Shown here: piece by piece, positions 24,550 through 39,500 of the stretch | How positions within the stretch are numbered: position 1 is the first letter of the stretch | How the letters are laid out: each line of letters opens with the position of its first letter | NCBI GenBank assembly: GCA_964276515.1 | Contig: OZ193910.1 | Location: 62,001-126,000 of the forward strand | Origin: Gordius albopunctatus | Lineage: Eukaryota | Direction: 5' to 3' | Length of the DNA: 64,000 nucleotides | Program-made: the position numbers and the translations under genes | Notes under the pieces: generated by a model | Seen by the model: only the letters and a program-made list of their open reading frames with translations | What the model was told of the DNA's origin: nothing | Database searches by the model: none

Positions 24550-27500
24550 CTATATATAAAAACGGAATTATAATAAAAACAATTGTGAAACAACTTTGTT
24601 TTTCGGTATTTTTAAAAGTTAATATTTTCTAAACAATTTAAAAGTGCATTTTAATCTATATCTAACATCCGATTAATGTTTACTAAATACCCTTTATGCT
24701 AATCATCATTCATCACTACAAATTTTATAAAACTTTTTTTTATTTTTTAACGGATGTGCAACTTAAAAAATCATCACTAATATAATAGTAGTGTGGCCTT
24801 ATCCAAGGGGAGGGGGGGGGGGCTAGGCCCATGGAAAGCGTGTCAGTAAACATAACCAAAAGTAAGCACATAGATTGCATCATATGGATTACCATTATTA
24901 TAACGCGGGAATAATATTTTCCTATATTCTTTCAACGTGGCACAAGGGCAGTCTATTTATTTAGTCTATGGTTGTAACAAAAAGTCCACATATACTCCCT
25001 ATCTGTATAAACCCATTTTTATAAGAGTTTTCTAATCTTTAAATTATTATAATTTTACAAAGATAATTTGCCTCCTTAATAATTAATTACGTTATCTAAT
25101 TATTATATGCAAATTTTTATTTGCGTCTTGGCTATATTTATTCGTTACGTTTTTAATAAATTAATTCTCACTATTGAAATCAAAACCGAACTTTTTTATT
25201 CATTCCTATTTAGTTTGTTAAAATATTAAGGTAATTCTTCGTTTTATAAATTAATCCTAACTTTTTCCGGGGAATATGTGATTTTGTATTTCAAAAATCT
25301 TCATTAATCTTTAAAAAATCTATAATCTTTAACACTTGGAAACTCTTACATTGAGCCCCTTCCCAGGAAAAAATATTGTTTCCGATTCCTTTCCAAATGG
25401 TAGAATTATTAAACAACAACATATCATAATACACCAAGTTTTGATTTCTATGCAATTTACGGGCTCGCTTTTGGTTGTCGTGTCCTGTCCAACTTGTAAT
25501 TTTTGCATAATTGCCGCCGAGATTTGCAATGGTAGCAGACTTGTGCTTCTGTAAAAGGCTTTTATTTCGCCTTTGCACACACACTAGCGCTTATGACCAC
25601 TGCTCGCCTTCAATGTTTTTGACCTTGTTTTTGTGGCCGTGATTAGTTTTCTACATAAATTTCTTTGAGCAACTTGTCTAGGTTGTCGCTATATACCGGA
25701 TAATTCCGAAATCTGCTAAATGATTACCAGCAATTACGATGAACGTTGCTTACCTAAAACTCTGGCCAACCGCCGAAATTCTCTTTATTGATTTGCTTCT
25801 TTTTGATTTTTTTTGTTATTAACTTAAATTTTGCATCGATAATATATTTTCCTTGTTAATAAGACTAAACATATAGGCTTTTTGGCCGTCTGATGGCTAC
25901 TGAATAATGAAAATAATGACCACTAGTATTAAAAAGAAAATGGCTACTCTATATGACAATTCCTACAGTGTATTATTCAATCATTTTACACAAGTGATGA
26001 TTCGACCTAAGGATTCTATATTTACATAAAATTATGTATAAGATTGATTTATTTCTAATTGTAACTATATAAAATATTAAAAGGGAGTGGGAGGGGTTCG
26101 TCATCGGTTCAAACAAAATATAAAAACATTGCGATTACGCTGAGGCCGCTAAATCATTTCAACCAATATCATTGTTTTTTAAATTAGAGCAACCGATGTG
26201 AGCATGGGCCTAGATAAGAGACTCCCCAACATTACGGACCGTTCCTTTTCTCCTCTATTGCATAGCAAATAAATTGTTTCTCTAATTGGTGTAAAAGATC
26301 TTGATTTAAAAGCAAAAACGAAGAGAGAGGCGCTGGTGGGGGAATGACCTATAATGGGGTTTAGAGGAGTTGCCTTGCAGGGGTCCAGGGGTGGAGCTCA
26401 TATCTAGGTCCGGTCTTAGTATTACCATTTCAGCGATAATATTGGTGGGTAGGTAGGCATAAAAACCTTTATTGATCAAAATTTATTTGTGTACGGAAAA
26501 CATTGAAGATTTTAATAGGGTTGAGTCCTTAAAAAATTATTTTTTTATTCAGTACTCGTATCGTAGTTTTTTAAATAGGTGATAATATATTATGCAAAAC
26601 CAATAAAACAATAGTTTTAATTTTGGGAATAATAGCAAAAACATGAAGAATAAAAACTTTTTGTCCCCTTGCCCACCTTTGCACAGCAAATAAATACTGC
26701 CCTGTAACGTAATTTACAAGAGCTAGGTTTTTTGGCAAAAATTAAGCTATAATCCATTGACAATGTCCCGAGAGATGGTCTAGGGCCCCCCGTTTCCCGT
26801 TTGATTGGAAATACAATAGGGTATAAATTAGGCTAACTACACCATGGCAAGAGAACGGGATCGATAATCAAAAGATCTAAAATATATTATAAAACAGATG
26901 AAGCCCAAAATATTAGTGATGAGAAAATAGCGTTTAGTAGGCTCTAAAGCTATAGCAAACAGTCATTTTAAGCGCTATAAGTTATAGCGCATATTTACTT
27001 GGAGGCGCGAGAACAATAGCACATAGTCATATAAGGTGCTATAAGCTATAGAGCATAGTCACTTGGAGGTGCTAGGGCTTAGGAAACGTTAGAGCTGTAA
27101 CACATAGTCACATAAGGCGCTATAAACTACGGCGCAAAGTCACTTGGATGTGCTGTAGCTACAGAGCGCATTTATCTAAAACGCTAGAGCTATAGCGTAA
27201 CGCTAATATTGATAAGAAATCTTAATACTTAAATTGCATTTAACTTTAAGCACATGATGGGTAGGGGGCATATATGTGTTTTTCGCTTTAAAATTTTAAT
27301 TATCTCACTCGTAACATCTAAATTTTCTTTTTATAACATATTTAGTAAAAGATTTTAGCTTACACCTTTTTAGTAATCACTGTAAATTATAATAGGGGTT
27401 GGTTGAGAAGAAATGCAAAATATAGCAGAGTTAGCGAAGTTATTTAAAATAAAAATTACAAACTTTATTAAGAAGCTTTAAATTATCATTCACAAACCTA

Positions 27501-30500
27501 TATTATTTCCAAAATAAAAGAAAAAGGATTTATTCAATTACAACCAGCAGCAACAAGTTTATATATTATGAGGATGAGTTAATCAATGCTAGGTATCCCA
27601 GATATACCTCACATTTGCACAATATTTATTTATTATCAAAATTGTACTTTGAAATATATTTTTATATTTCTTAACTATTATCAGAAGAAGTTTCATGTTT
27701 ACAAACACTTTATAATGCTTTCCATATCATAAAAGGTAATCAATATATACCCTACAAGTTTTAATATGACCTTTGTTTAATCCTTTGAGCCATTTTTTTC
27801 TAATATCATACAATTAATAATACTTTTCCCATATACTGTTTTGTATAAAAATCTTATAAATCATATAGCTTTAAAATTTAATATAATCCAAAATTTTAAT
27901 ATCAATTGTTCAAACTCGTCAAGGTCTTTTCTTTATTCCACATATTTTAATATCTAAACCCTTATGCCCAACTTGTAAGCGATGAATATGCCTTGATAAA
28001 CACAATTGTTCCTGGATTCATGGCCCAGTGTCTTCAAGATGCCCTTCTTCGGGCAAATTACATCCACCCTGCTTACCAATTCCACCCCTGACTTCTAACT
28101 TTAAAGAGGCTCCCGTATTGCCAATCCCTAGCCCCGTCATCCCCCCATCCTTATAATGATCCCCATCAATTAATCAACCGCCTGACTCAACTTGGGGCAT
28201 TTCTTTTTTAACAAATCCGTTTCCTAATACTATCTCTGGAATCCCAAGAGGAGCCAGAGCTTCCATCCAGCAATCTCTGCTAAATATATTCACTTCTATT
28301 ATCAAAACCCTTTATAACTTAACTAATTGGGACAAACTTTCTAAATACCCATATTATATCATTTATGTTAGGGAACCTAATGAACATAATTTATCAAGCC
28401 TCATCAAGGAATCCCTTCTGTGTTTTAATACTGATGATCCCATTACATGCACAAGTAAAACAAAACCCTTTCCACTGGAATTCACGCCCAATATATCTAC
28501 AAGATTTACTCAACTTGAATAATTTAAATACTGAAGCTCTTTTAAATTCTATTACTTCTTTTTGCAATACCATTGTTAATGGAAAATTTCCTCATGAAAT
28601 CATCCCTATTTTATTCGGTGCAAAACTTATCGCCATCAAAAAACCGGATAACTCAGTTTGATCCATTGCCATTGGAAGTCTTTTTCGCCGTATTAATATC
28701 TAAAATACTCTGCAAACTCACAAAACCTTCCTTGTTCGCTAAGCGCTGCCCTCATTAACTCGGCTTCGGAATTAAAGGCGGCTGTGAGGCAGCCAGCCAT
28801 GCTGACCGGATCACACTTCAAAATATTCCCACCGAGTCCTGCTTTGTTAAATTAGATTTTGTCAATGCTTTTAACAGCATTCGAAGAGAAACCCTTATTA
28901 ACACTTTTTTAGCTGAATTCCCACAATTTCTAAAATACATTTTATTAAGCTATGGTTCTACAACCAAGCTTCGATTCGGCGAATACGTCATTGACTCGTC
29001 CGAAGGCATCCAACAAGGAGATCCATTAGACCCTCCTTTGTTTTGTTTAGCCATTCATAATTTAGTCGAGGCTATATCATCTCAGTGTACCCTGGACTTA
29101 ATCTTTTGGTATCTCGACGACGCCACCCTATGTGGCCGCCCGGAGGAGATCAGTAAAGCTATAGAAATTATCAACAATTTCGAACCCACTCTGAATCTTA
29201 AATTAAGCTCGAAAAAATGTGAAATCTATCAGGTCCCTAACACTATTGACTTTCCAATTTTTAAAACTTTCTTAGTTTTAGAGAAAGAAAACATATCCCT
29301 TTTGGGATCACCCATTGGCGGTGAAAAATCTCTCTTAAATTTTCTTCATAAGAACCTTGAAATTTTAAAATCTAAAACGGAACCTTTAAAATGCTTGCCA
29401 GCGCATCACTCATTTTACGTAATCAAAAACTATTTTAACATTTCAAAGATTAATCATTGTTTTCGCTCATCTGGCGCATTTTTACACCCAGATGTTTTAA
29501 AGTCTTACGAAGGCTTTTAAAAACTTTATTAGAAAAAATTTAAAATTCAATACTAATAATTGAATTCAAGCATCCCTTCCAACCAAATCTGGAGGATTAG
29601 GAATTCTTTCTCCTGGCAGCATATCGCTAGTTGCTCTTATTTCCTCTTTTAAGTCGGTCTAAAACTTAATTTTTAATCTCACAACACACGATTCCGATTC
29701 TCTGCTAACTCAAGCCTTGGAGCTTGGGAATTTGAATGTCACACCCGAGACCATCCAACCTCAAAGTACGAGACAAAAGGATTGGGATTCTGGACTAGTA
29801 TCGCGCTCCGTTGATTACCTCTTATCGAGCAGCGATGATAGCCAGCATTACAACCTTAGGTCCCTCGCTTTTGACGGTTCCGGTCACGAGTGGCTTGAAG
29901 CCTATCCCAGCAAACTTTTGGGAATGCTGCTTGAAGACTTTGAGCTATCATATTCCATAGCTTTAAGGTTGGGGATTAGTTACAGCAGAGAATTCAACTG
30001 TCAAAACTGCCTTACCGTTGTAGACGAATATGCTAGGCACCCTCTACACTGCCTAGCACACAAAATATAAATATGTTAGGCATACTAAAGCCAATTTATT
30101 AATTCAAGCTGCCCTTAAAAAGGCCAAAATCCCCTCAATCCTTGAGCCGTCAGATCCCTCCCTTGAAGGTAGGATGCGCCCTGACGGCTCTTCTCTAGTC
30201 CCCTGGCAAAATGGGCTATCCCTCAAATGGGATTTTACTTGTATTGACCTTTTTGCCCTTTCCCATTTTAATTACGACCCTATCGCTACAGAAGAAGGGC
30301 GTAAAACTACAAAGTATTCTGTCCTTTTGGAATCCAATATTTTTATCCCTGTCGTTGCCACGTGCTCCGGTTCCTTTGGCAAACAGGCAATGGGGTTTTT
30401 TAAAGAAATCGGAAAACGCACCCCGAAATCTAAAATTTCTGCGTCCTTTTTACTCAGGCAACAACTAGGGATTCTTGTTGCACGATACAACTTTAAATCC

Positions 30501-33500
30501 TTTGCCGACTCATGGCCCATTTTAGAAGATAATGATATAGATCTTTGTATTTAAACAAATTTTTTTTCTTTATTTTTGTATTTCGCTTATTTATGTAATT
30601 TTTTTACGTGAAAATAAACTTTTTAACCCCCAAAAAATATGGCATCATTTTATGCAGTAATTAAGTTACTATGGACTTTACTAAAGAGAAGGGATAATAA
30701 CGAGGTGGTAAAAAGTAGAAAGGTTTAATTCGAAGAAAAACCGAAGAAACTAAGACCGAATTTAAGTGGAATTAAAATTAAAGGTACAGATGAAATATAA
30801 AATATTTAAAAATAAGTTTGCTAAAGCCAAAATAAATAAAAAATCAATAAATGATATAAGTATACTTTAAACATTAACTTACTAAAATGTATGAAGAGTT
30901 TACCATCAAAAACTTGCTTAAGGGATGAAATCCTGTAATTCTTTGAGCCAATAAGTCATGAATCTTGTTAAGAAACTTGTTTTGTGACTTCGTATTTAGT
31001 TTAATAAACAGCCTATACCCAAATTCATATCTAAAAACAATGGAAAAATATTCAATTAGTCTAACTACATATTCTGTATTTTAATTGAAATGAATATGTT
31101 AGTTATATTTAAGTTAAATCTTATTTATTGAGTTGTTGTATAATATATATTAAAGATGGATATAAGAAAGTATTTTTATAAAAAAATATAAGTTTCACGT
31201 GGTTAATTGTAAAATTTTTATTTTGTTTAATAATTGTATATTTTTAATGAGTTAAGTTTTTAAACCCCTTTTTTAAATTTTTAGAAAGAAAAAATTGCAA
31301 CTTTATAGGCCCTTTATAATTCTGGCTTTTCCATCTTAAAATTCAAAGTGCAAAATTTTGGGTTAAACATAATATTCAAATATAAGATATTATAATGGAA
31401 TTATATAAAATCCAAACGGACCAAAGAGTAATTATTGAGCTGAAACATTTATATGTAATAATTTAAGATCATCCCCTCGAGTTATAGATTCGCAACAGTA
31501 AAATATTTATAATGTCATACAACAGAATTACAGCTAACGATATTGAACAACTACAGTTTTTTAAGAAACTTTAAGCTCAATGATATACCACTTACAGGTA
31601 TATTTTATAAGCTCGATTCTTTTAAGCAGCAAAATTGAAGCGCAAAAAGTTACTTTTTTGAACCCAAACCTGACAGTTTAGGGTCGTCTATGCAGGTATC
31701 TACTCCATATTTAAGTTGCCTAAGGGGGCTTATAAACAAAGGTAACTAAGCGAAAATACGGGTAAAGATGTGATTATTAATAGAGCTGTTAAAGTTCATC
31801 TTAATTATGAACTAGTTCAAGTTCATAATTTATTTTGAAAAACAAAATTAGTTCAAGTTCAGGTTAAGATTTTTTCAAAAGTAACTAGTTCAAGTTCAAG
31901 TTCATTTTGGGAAAAACGAAGTAGTTCAGTTCTTAGTTCAAATTTTACAAAATGAACTACTTCAAGTTCAGTTCATTAAAAAAATATATTATATAATTTT
32001 AATCCATTCCGAGGAGTTTTTGAAAAACGTTTTATCTGATTAAAAATAAGTTCTGAATCCAATACGCAATTTTAAAATTTTATGAATCAAATTTTTATTG
32101 ATTATTGAGTTTATTTAAACTTATTATTGTTTATTTTAAATTGGAAATAGTCCATTATAAAATCTCATTAAATAAACATTTTTCATATACCAACAATCTT
32201 TTTTATACAAAACTAAATTAGCTATATAATTTTGAAAAATAATTATATGTGTAAAACTTTTCATTTCAAACATTATAATATATATAATTGTAATTGATAA
32301 TAGAAATCAGGGGAAATAGATGGGAAACTTTTCAAAATTATCATTTAATAAAGATGAAAGTTTATCCACAAAGAGAAGTTTTCCTAAACTGAACAGTCTT
32401 TCAACAGGAGGACTTGATTTAATATGCAAACGTTATATTTAATAAAAATTTGTTTTAAATGGGGTAATTTACTATACATATTAAATGAGGTATTCATCAG
32501 TTTTATTATAAAGTTTTCAATGATTTTATTATTGGAGTTATCACCTCTGATATTTAGGAAATCCAACCCATTTTAAGAGTATCAGGGTTAACATTTTCTC
32601 CATCTAGCGCCAATATTGAATTTATTGCCTTCAAAATTCTATACTCTTCCTCTCAATTTTTCGCATATAAATCACAAAAATTAAATAAATGATTCTTACT
32701 GACAATAATAAAAGCCAGCATTCAAATTAGAGAGGGGCATTGATTTAAGGAGGGGCAAAATGATAATTCTTCGAAATTTTAGTCATAATTTTAATAAATT
32801 TTAGGAGGTTTTTGGATCTAAAGGGGGGTGGCAGCCGCCCCTCCTTGCCCCCTCTTGGCTACGGCCATGAAAACAGGCTCGATTGTTGTTGTTTTCTATA
32901 ATATTAAAAAGTCGTGTTTAATAAATTTTATTTATGATAGAGGTTTATTTCTAAATGATTGTGAAAAAATATATTAGATTAACGAGATAGGATAGAGCTA
33001 CGGATTTAAAATGTAATGGATTTTACAATTTTCATGGTGATTTTCTGCTGGGTGTCAAAAAATTCGTTGAAATCGTGTGTAATTCTTGTTAAGAAAAACA
33101 ATCAAACTCGGCTTATAAATTCATTTTAAATAATAATTTTTATGATGAACTAGTTCATTTATATTGTAAAGTTCAAGTTAAAGTTCAAAATATTAAAAAA
33201 GTAACAAGTTCAAGTTGAACTTTAAAAAAACGAACTAGTTCCAGTTCATAGTTCAATTTTAGGAAAGGTAACTAGTTCAGTTCAAGTTCAAAAAAAGTGA
33301 ACTAGTTCAACAGCTCTAATTATTAATTCGCACATGTGGCAACTATATTCACTTTGATAGTAATTCTTTGTGTGATCCATAATATTTGACTTGTCCATTA
33401 AATAAGACTGAGATTTGGGAACATATATCATAGCTTTCCAAACTACTTGTAAATATCAACACAATATGATCCTGATTGATCTTCTTAATAATATATTTGC

Positions 33501-36500
33501 GCAGGACATTTCGTATATTTTCATTGAATCCTTTATAATATTATTAAAATATCATAAAAATTTTACCCGATTTGATAAATATGTATGTTATAACAATCGG
33601 CATTGCCAGTCTTTAAATTAGAGGGTGGTAATAATAATTTAAGGAGAGGCAAAATGAAAATATTTCGAAAATTTAGCCATAATTTTTTTTAATTCCAGCA
33701 AATTTTTGGATTTAGAGAGGAGCAGCCGCCTCTCCCTGCCCTTCCCCTTTTGGCTGCGCCCAGTGTTATAACTACCTTGCGATTTTCGAAATAAATCATA
33801 ATGACCGATTATTTGTAAAATCATATAACGACATGGATTTTAATATTTTTATGAATATTAGACACTTTGGAAAGTTTAAATATTCTAACATCTTTTAAAA
33901 ATATGATACTAAACAATAATTTAGTAATGATAATATCACTAAAAGTTATATACAAAAAATGATATTGACAAACCTTCGAAAGGCTCTTCCAATAGAACTA
34001 TCCTATAATTGCTCATGAGTGTTAGAGCGATACACACTTTTCTGCAAGTTTCATAGGCACAATGATGTATCCATGTATCTTCCACAATCTCGAAATCACT
34101 CAAGTATTTTTCTACCTGCTAAAAAAATGCAAACATGCATAAACCTAGCAGGATACTTTTGTTAATTTACTATGTTTAAGCTTTCAAATCGATTGAGATT
34201 GACTCTGACCTTCAATCCTTAATACTACAATGCTACGGTCTTTTAGGAAATTTATCGCTTATCTTAACTTAGATTTCGAAAATTTGAGAGAAACTTCGCT
34301 ACTTATGATTGCATACCGACATTGTCATTTATCAATATAACATAGTCGTCTTGGTATAAATAATTTTAACAAGGGACAAAAACCTTTATCTCAAAATAAG
34401 TGTTAGAGGCGGGAAACATAAATTATATTTGACTTTAAGTAAATTTATCTTATACCCTAATTTCAAAAAATTATACATCAATTATATTTTTATTTTTAAA
34501 AGCGACACATACTGTTTTACAATTTGTAATTGAAATTCTGTATATATTTTTTGATGCTTTAATCATTCATTATTGTTATAAAAAATTTACATATTTTGTG
34601 AAGGTGAGATAAATAAATTAGGATGTTATGAATTATAAATATTTGGAAAACATTCCGCTATGGCTAATAAATTATATTTATAAATAGTTATGCCAATTTT
34701 CTGTCGTATAAAAAAATATTAAAGTAAAATTTATCATACCTCTTGTAGTTAACAGAGTATTTAAAATAAACTCAAAATTTGGTAACATAATATAGAGCTA
34801 TCCAGTATAAAATAGATTAAATACTTGAATTTTGGGGCGAACTCCTAAACTATTTATTAAATTTAAGGCGGAAAATCTTAAATATCAAAGCGAAAATTCT
34901 ACATTGTCCTTAAAATCTGACCGCATGAAAAGGCGCAAGCAACATTCAAAAGATGCGGCTATAATTTCAAAATATAAAGTGCGCATCGCTAATTAGGCTC
35001 CAGGTTTTGGAGCTATAAATTTACCTGATGAGCATCATCCAACCCCAACATATGGGCATACGAGACAAGCGTTTCTCTGGGAGTTAAATACTTATTAATT
35101 TTACTGGTTGGATAATAGCCAATAAATTTGAAACTACTACACCCTGACTTTCCAACATTATAACCATGCACATATACATCTCCTTTGAAGTTTTTCACCT
35201 TTCCACTTAATAATTCATAGAAGATTCTGCAATCTAAAAATTTATCATAATTTTGATATATATAGTGTTGTTGTTTATGAAAATTATATACTCGAATTGG
35301 CTTTATTGAGGTCGATAATTCCAAAACATTTTTTATTTTGGATTTGAATGTTAATATTTTTTAAAAAGGTAGTGGTTACATCCTTCATCCAAATTTTGAA
35401 TTCCATTGAATTTTTATCTTTCCTTATATTATCTGAATCTTGAAGTGGATATTCGGACTTTATTTCAGAATTTTTATTTTTTATACGTAAATACATTTTC
35501 ATTAGCTTTTTGAAAGCTGCAAACCTAGTTTTGATTTTTCCCCAAAACAATTTATTTAATTGCCATGGTTTTTTAACCCGTATTGCGATTTCAATGACAC
35601 TATAGACAATTGCAAAGAATAAAAATTTGTATGATTGTCTGACAACTTCTTGAGAATCATCGTAAATGGCGGCGGGTCTATATAAAGCACTATAATATAT
35701 TTTGTAAGAGATATGAACTACCTCTCAACTCCTGAAAAATGATGTTCGTGCACTAAGAGCAGACCCCTGAAAAAAGTGAAAGGGGGAAACAATATTGTCG
35801 TCACTGCACTCCATTTCTCAAAATATCCTGGCGACAGCATACTTAATGCTAGGTCTGCGAGGACGCAAGACACGCTCATAACAACACTACATATAAATGA
35901 GGGACGTATGAAAGCAAGTAATCCACAGAGCAAACCCATGTAAGGAATGTACGCTAAGCTAATATGTAAATAAAAGTGGTTTGTATCATTTTAGCCAAAA
36001 TGATATTCAAAGTTTATTTGATATGTTTTATACCTGAATGAAACAAAAAATAGTATGACAAATGGATCATATGCTTGCCCAACTATGGTCTGTAGTATAA
36101 AGGCTGATGCCAATAATGCTAACTGGATAACAGAGTTGCTTATTAAATGAGCAATCGTGTAGCCAATGGCGTGATAGGGTTCAAGTCTTTCCATTACTTC
36201 GTAGGAAGAGCTACTTTTAATTAACCCATTTAAAACGTTTAAAGTTAAAAGAATGATTGCTATATGAGTTCCATAGGTAATCATTAGTCTCCTATTATAA
36301 AGAAATTCACTCGATTTAGAATTTAAATATTAACAGAATATAAAAATATTAATGTAAACATCATAATATAAAGTTGGAATTATTTTGTTTACTTTTAAAA
36401 AAGATTAGTACCTTATGTGTGAGTGTTCGTTAAAGATGGGATGATTTATCGTAAGAATGCCGTAATCAACCCCATTATATATATTTATCTCGTCTGTGTA

Positions 36501-39500
36501 ATCAGAAACCTTTTCATTCGCGGTATACTTGTAATTCTTCGTTGAAGATGAGGCTTTATTGGAGGTGCTCGTAGATAGGGTTTTATATTTAATGAGAGTT
36601 CTGTAATAGGAGGTGTCGAATAAAGTAAGGAAGGATGGCTGTCCAATTTTGAGTCTGTTATCATACCAAATTTTAACATAGTCGATATCAGCGTGTGTAA
36701 GATGTTGCAAGTACTGTAAATGCTCTGTATTGGTTAACAGCAACTTTAGTGTATCTTGTTTTTGTAAAGTGGACAGAGCTTTACTTAAAATCTCTTGTAT
36801 AACGAATGCACTTGTATATTTGTCCTGTAGATATAAACTGACATTTTGTGGATATATTTTATCGTAGCCTCCAATTATATTTAGTACTTCTTGTGTATTT
36901 CTGACAAAAAACTCACTTAGATTTTTAGTATATATTGTAGTAATTATATTGGACCAAGATTTTCTAGATGGTTGAGAACCTTTTTTATAAAAACATTGAT
37001 TTTGACCATCTTTATTTAGACAAACACACTTATTGTTTTTACTAGGCAAAATCTTTGAACTTTTACTCCCATATTTGTTATTTGGTTTCGTGGATTTATT
37101 ATTATTATTACAAATTTGATAAAATAAGTCACTACATTTAATGTTGGACCCATGAGGGCTTATTTCAGAGTTGGTAGAATGAAATAGGTGACATTTGTTA
37201 TCGTATTTATGAGGAATGCGATATATACACTCATTTAATTTCTTGATGTAGAAAGTATCAGGATATTCATAAAGTATTGACATCGTTTTTTTCCCAAAAA
37301 ACTCTTTGCTATCAATTAAAAGATTCATATTTGGGGGTTGACTATAAGATTCTACATATCTGAATAATGATTAAAATTTTACGTCAAAATTATACATATA
37401 TCTAGTCGGGCTATTGGATAATATATTGACCAATTTTACAAAGCTCAAGCTGATAAAATTTCAAATTATATAATAGAAATATAAAGCATAGCCGATACCA
37501 TTATATACTAGCCTTAAATAAGTTATCGAAGGATATTTAAAATTTGGAACACTTTTTATAAGCTTTGACTTAAATCATATATAATTAACAAATTATGTGA
37601 TACGCATGGCACTTCTCCCTTATTTTAAAATCTCATATATTGAACATTATGATTAAAAGTAAAAATAATTTGCGCCAAAATAAGTATTAAACGTTTGGCC
37701 CACCTCCACTTTCCTCCCAATTCAAGATCACTAGGCTAATTTAAAGTGGTTGTGATTAAAATTAAAATAAATTAAAATGTAGTATTACTCACTTTCCAAA
37801 AACACTCCGACTGGTTGAATGCATTAAAGTTGTTAAAGGTAGGGGGTATATATTCTTTTGCTCATTCTTATGCATTTTGTGCAAGTGTGTTGAAAAGGTT
37901 AGCAATGAAATGAAAAGGATAACTTGGTATAAACACTTGTTGTTGCGCAGTATATATAAACACTTGTATTTAACCCTGTCCACGCTTTGACGGATCCATA
38001 AGCTTTTCACTCCTTTGGCAAAGCTTGTCACATTCGCTTCTTAATAAATGTTAACGTTAAAAGTTATATATAAATAAACTTTGATCGAGGTGTCTTTCCT
38101 TATTTTGCACATTACTCCTTGCAGAAGTTTGTACCATAGCTCTGCCTGTTAAAACTTCAAAAACCTATTTTATGACCAAGTAATTATGATTTAACGTTTA
38201 AACCATACTACTTACATCTGTAATACAAGAATCATAAAGATCAATATTATGTATCCCTAAAGTATCTTGGTTTTCTTTTACATAGGTCACAAATTTTTGT
38301 ACAGCTTTGCTAGTCGATATAGAGTTGCAATCTTTAGATTCATAGTGTAAAGTAAATTCATAAACTTTGTTTCTTTGGCCAATAAATTCGCTTCCTCCTA
38401 TAAATTTAGACACCATTTGCTTTATTGTCTCAAGAGTATAATCATCTAAATAATATCAAAGAAATAACAAATTACTACTATATATGATACATTTTAAGTA
38501 TGGAATAAAATTATTGATAATAAAAAGTAATCACAGTGGCGGCATGTCGACTTTGGTGCCACTAAAGCAAGTTATTTAGTAAAATATAAAAAAATTTGAT
38601 TTCACACTAATGTTTTCAATACTCCAAAAATGCTAATTCTATCAGACCCCTTTCCTTTTTTGATACTTAATGCACAGAAATATAATTAAATGGTCAAAAT
38701 ATTCAAAATCGACGGGTATCAGAGTAACCTGTATGTACAGCCCTGCAGCGACCGCCCGAAGCCTGGCGCGTTGGTTTTCTATTCGCCTTAACTTTTGATT
38801 AAAAGAATTTAGCTAGCTTTATAAAAGCCAATTATCACAACTGTCAACAAGTTAGGTTGACAAATAATTTATTGACACTTTAAACCAGTATTTTTGTTAA
38901 AAATTTGTTTTGCTTTATAAACGACATTTATGACAATTGTCATCAAATTAAGTTGATAAATATTTTATTTAAAAAATTATATTTTACCACTAGGTGTCAA
39001 TATCATGAATCACCCTCAACAGTTATTAGAATCAAATCAGTACAATTTAAAAGTTCCCTTTATCTATATTGCTTATTTTCAAAGTCACAAAAATTTCATC
39101 AAAATAAAAGTATAAATCATACTATTTACCCCCACTACAAAACACCCAAATCAAGCCAAAAGTCGCCACTTAAATGCAATTAAAAAAACCTTTGCTTTAT
39201 TAGCAAAATTATGATGAGGGCTAAAGGTTATCTAAACAAAATACACTAACAACCTTTGGTATGTTTTTCCAATATCGACTAAGCCTAAAGGTCGACTCCA
39301 AAAGTGGGCCAAAAAACGCAGGTATTTTTAAAACATCAATGGATATTACAATATTTTGTTACTGTCAACAGCACGTAGTGATTAATAATCTAAGCCTCAG
39401 AAATGTAGCCAGAAAACAGGGCACATATGGTGGTGACGGTGTTATTAAATTAACAACAATCGCCTTATACTAATTTTATCGAGGAGGATTTAAGACCATA

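Noticed and set aside
25290..25800. Overlapping short ORFs in a slightly GC-richer block
   Set aside because: No recognisable motif or splice-consistent frame; probably unclassified TE decay.
26940..27200. CRISPR-like repeat array
   Set aside because: Units are contiguous tandem repeats without unique spacers, there are no cas genes, and the context is eukaryotic.
27470..27830. Extra ABCA-like exon candidates
   Set aside because: Exons 30883-31030 and 24549 already join in frame with the expected sequence, and the candidates lack convincing similarity.
31800..31980. AGTTCA arrays as CRISPR repeats or nuclear-receptor response elements
   Set aside because: Explained as subterminal repeats of a hAT element with TIRs and an 8-bp TSD.
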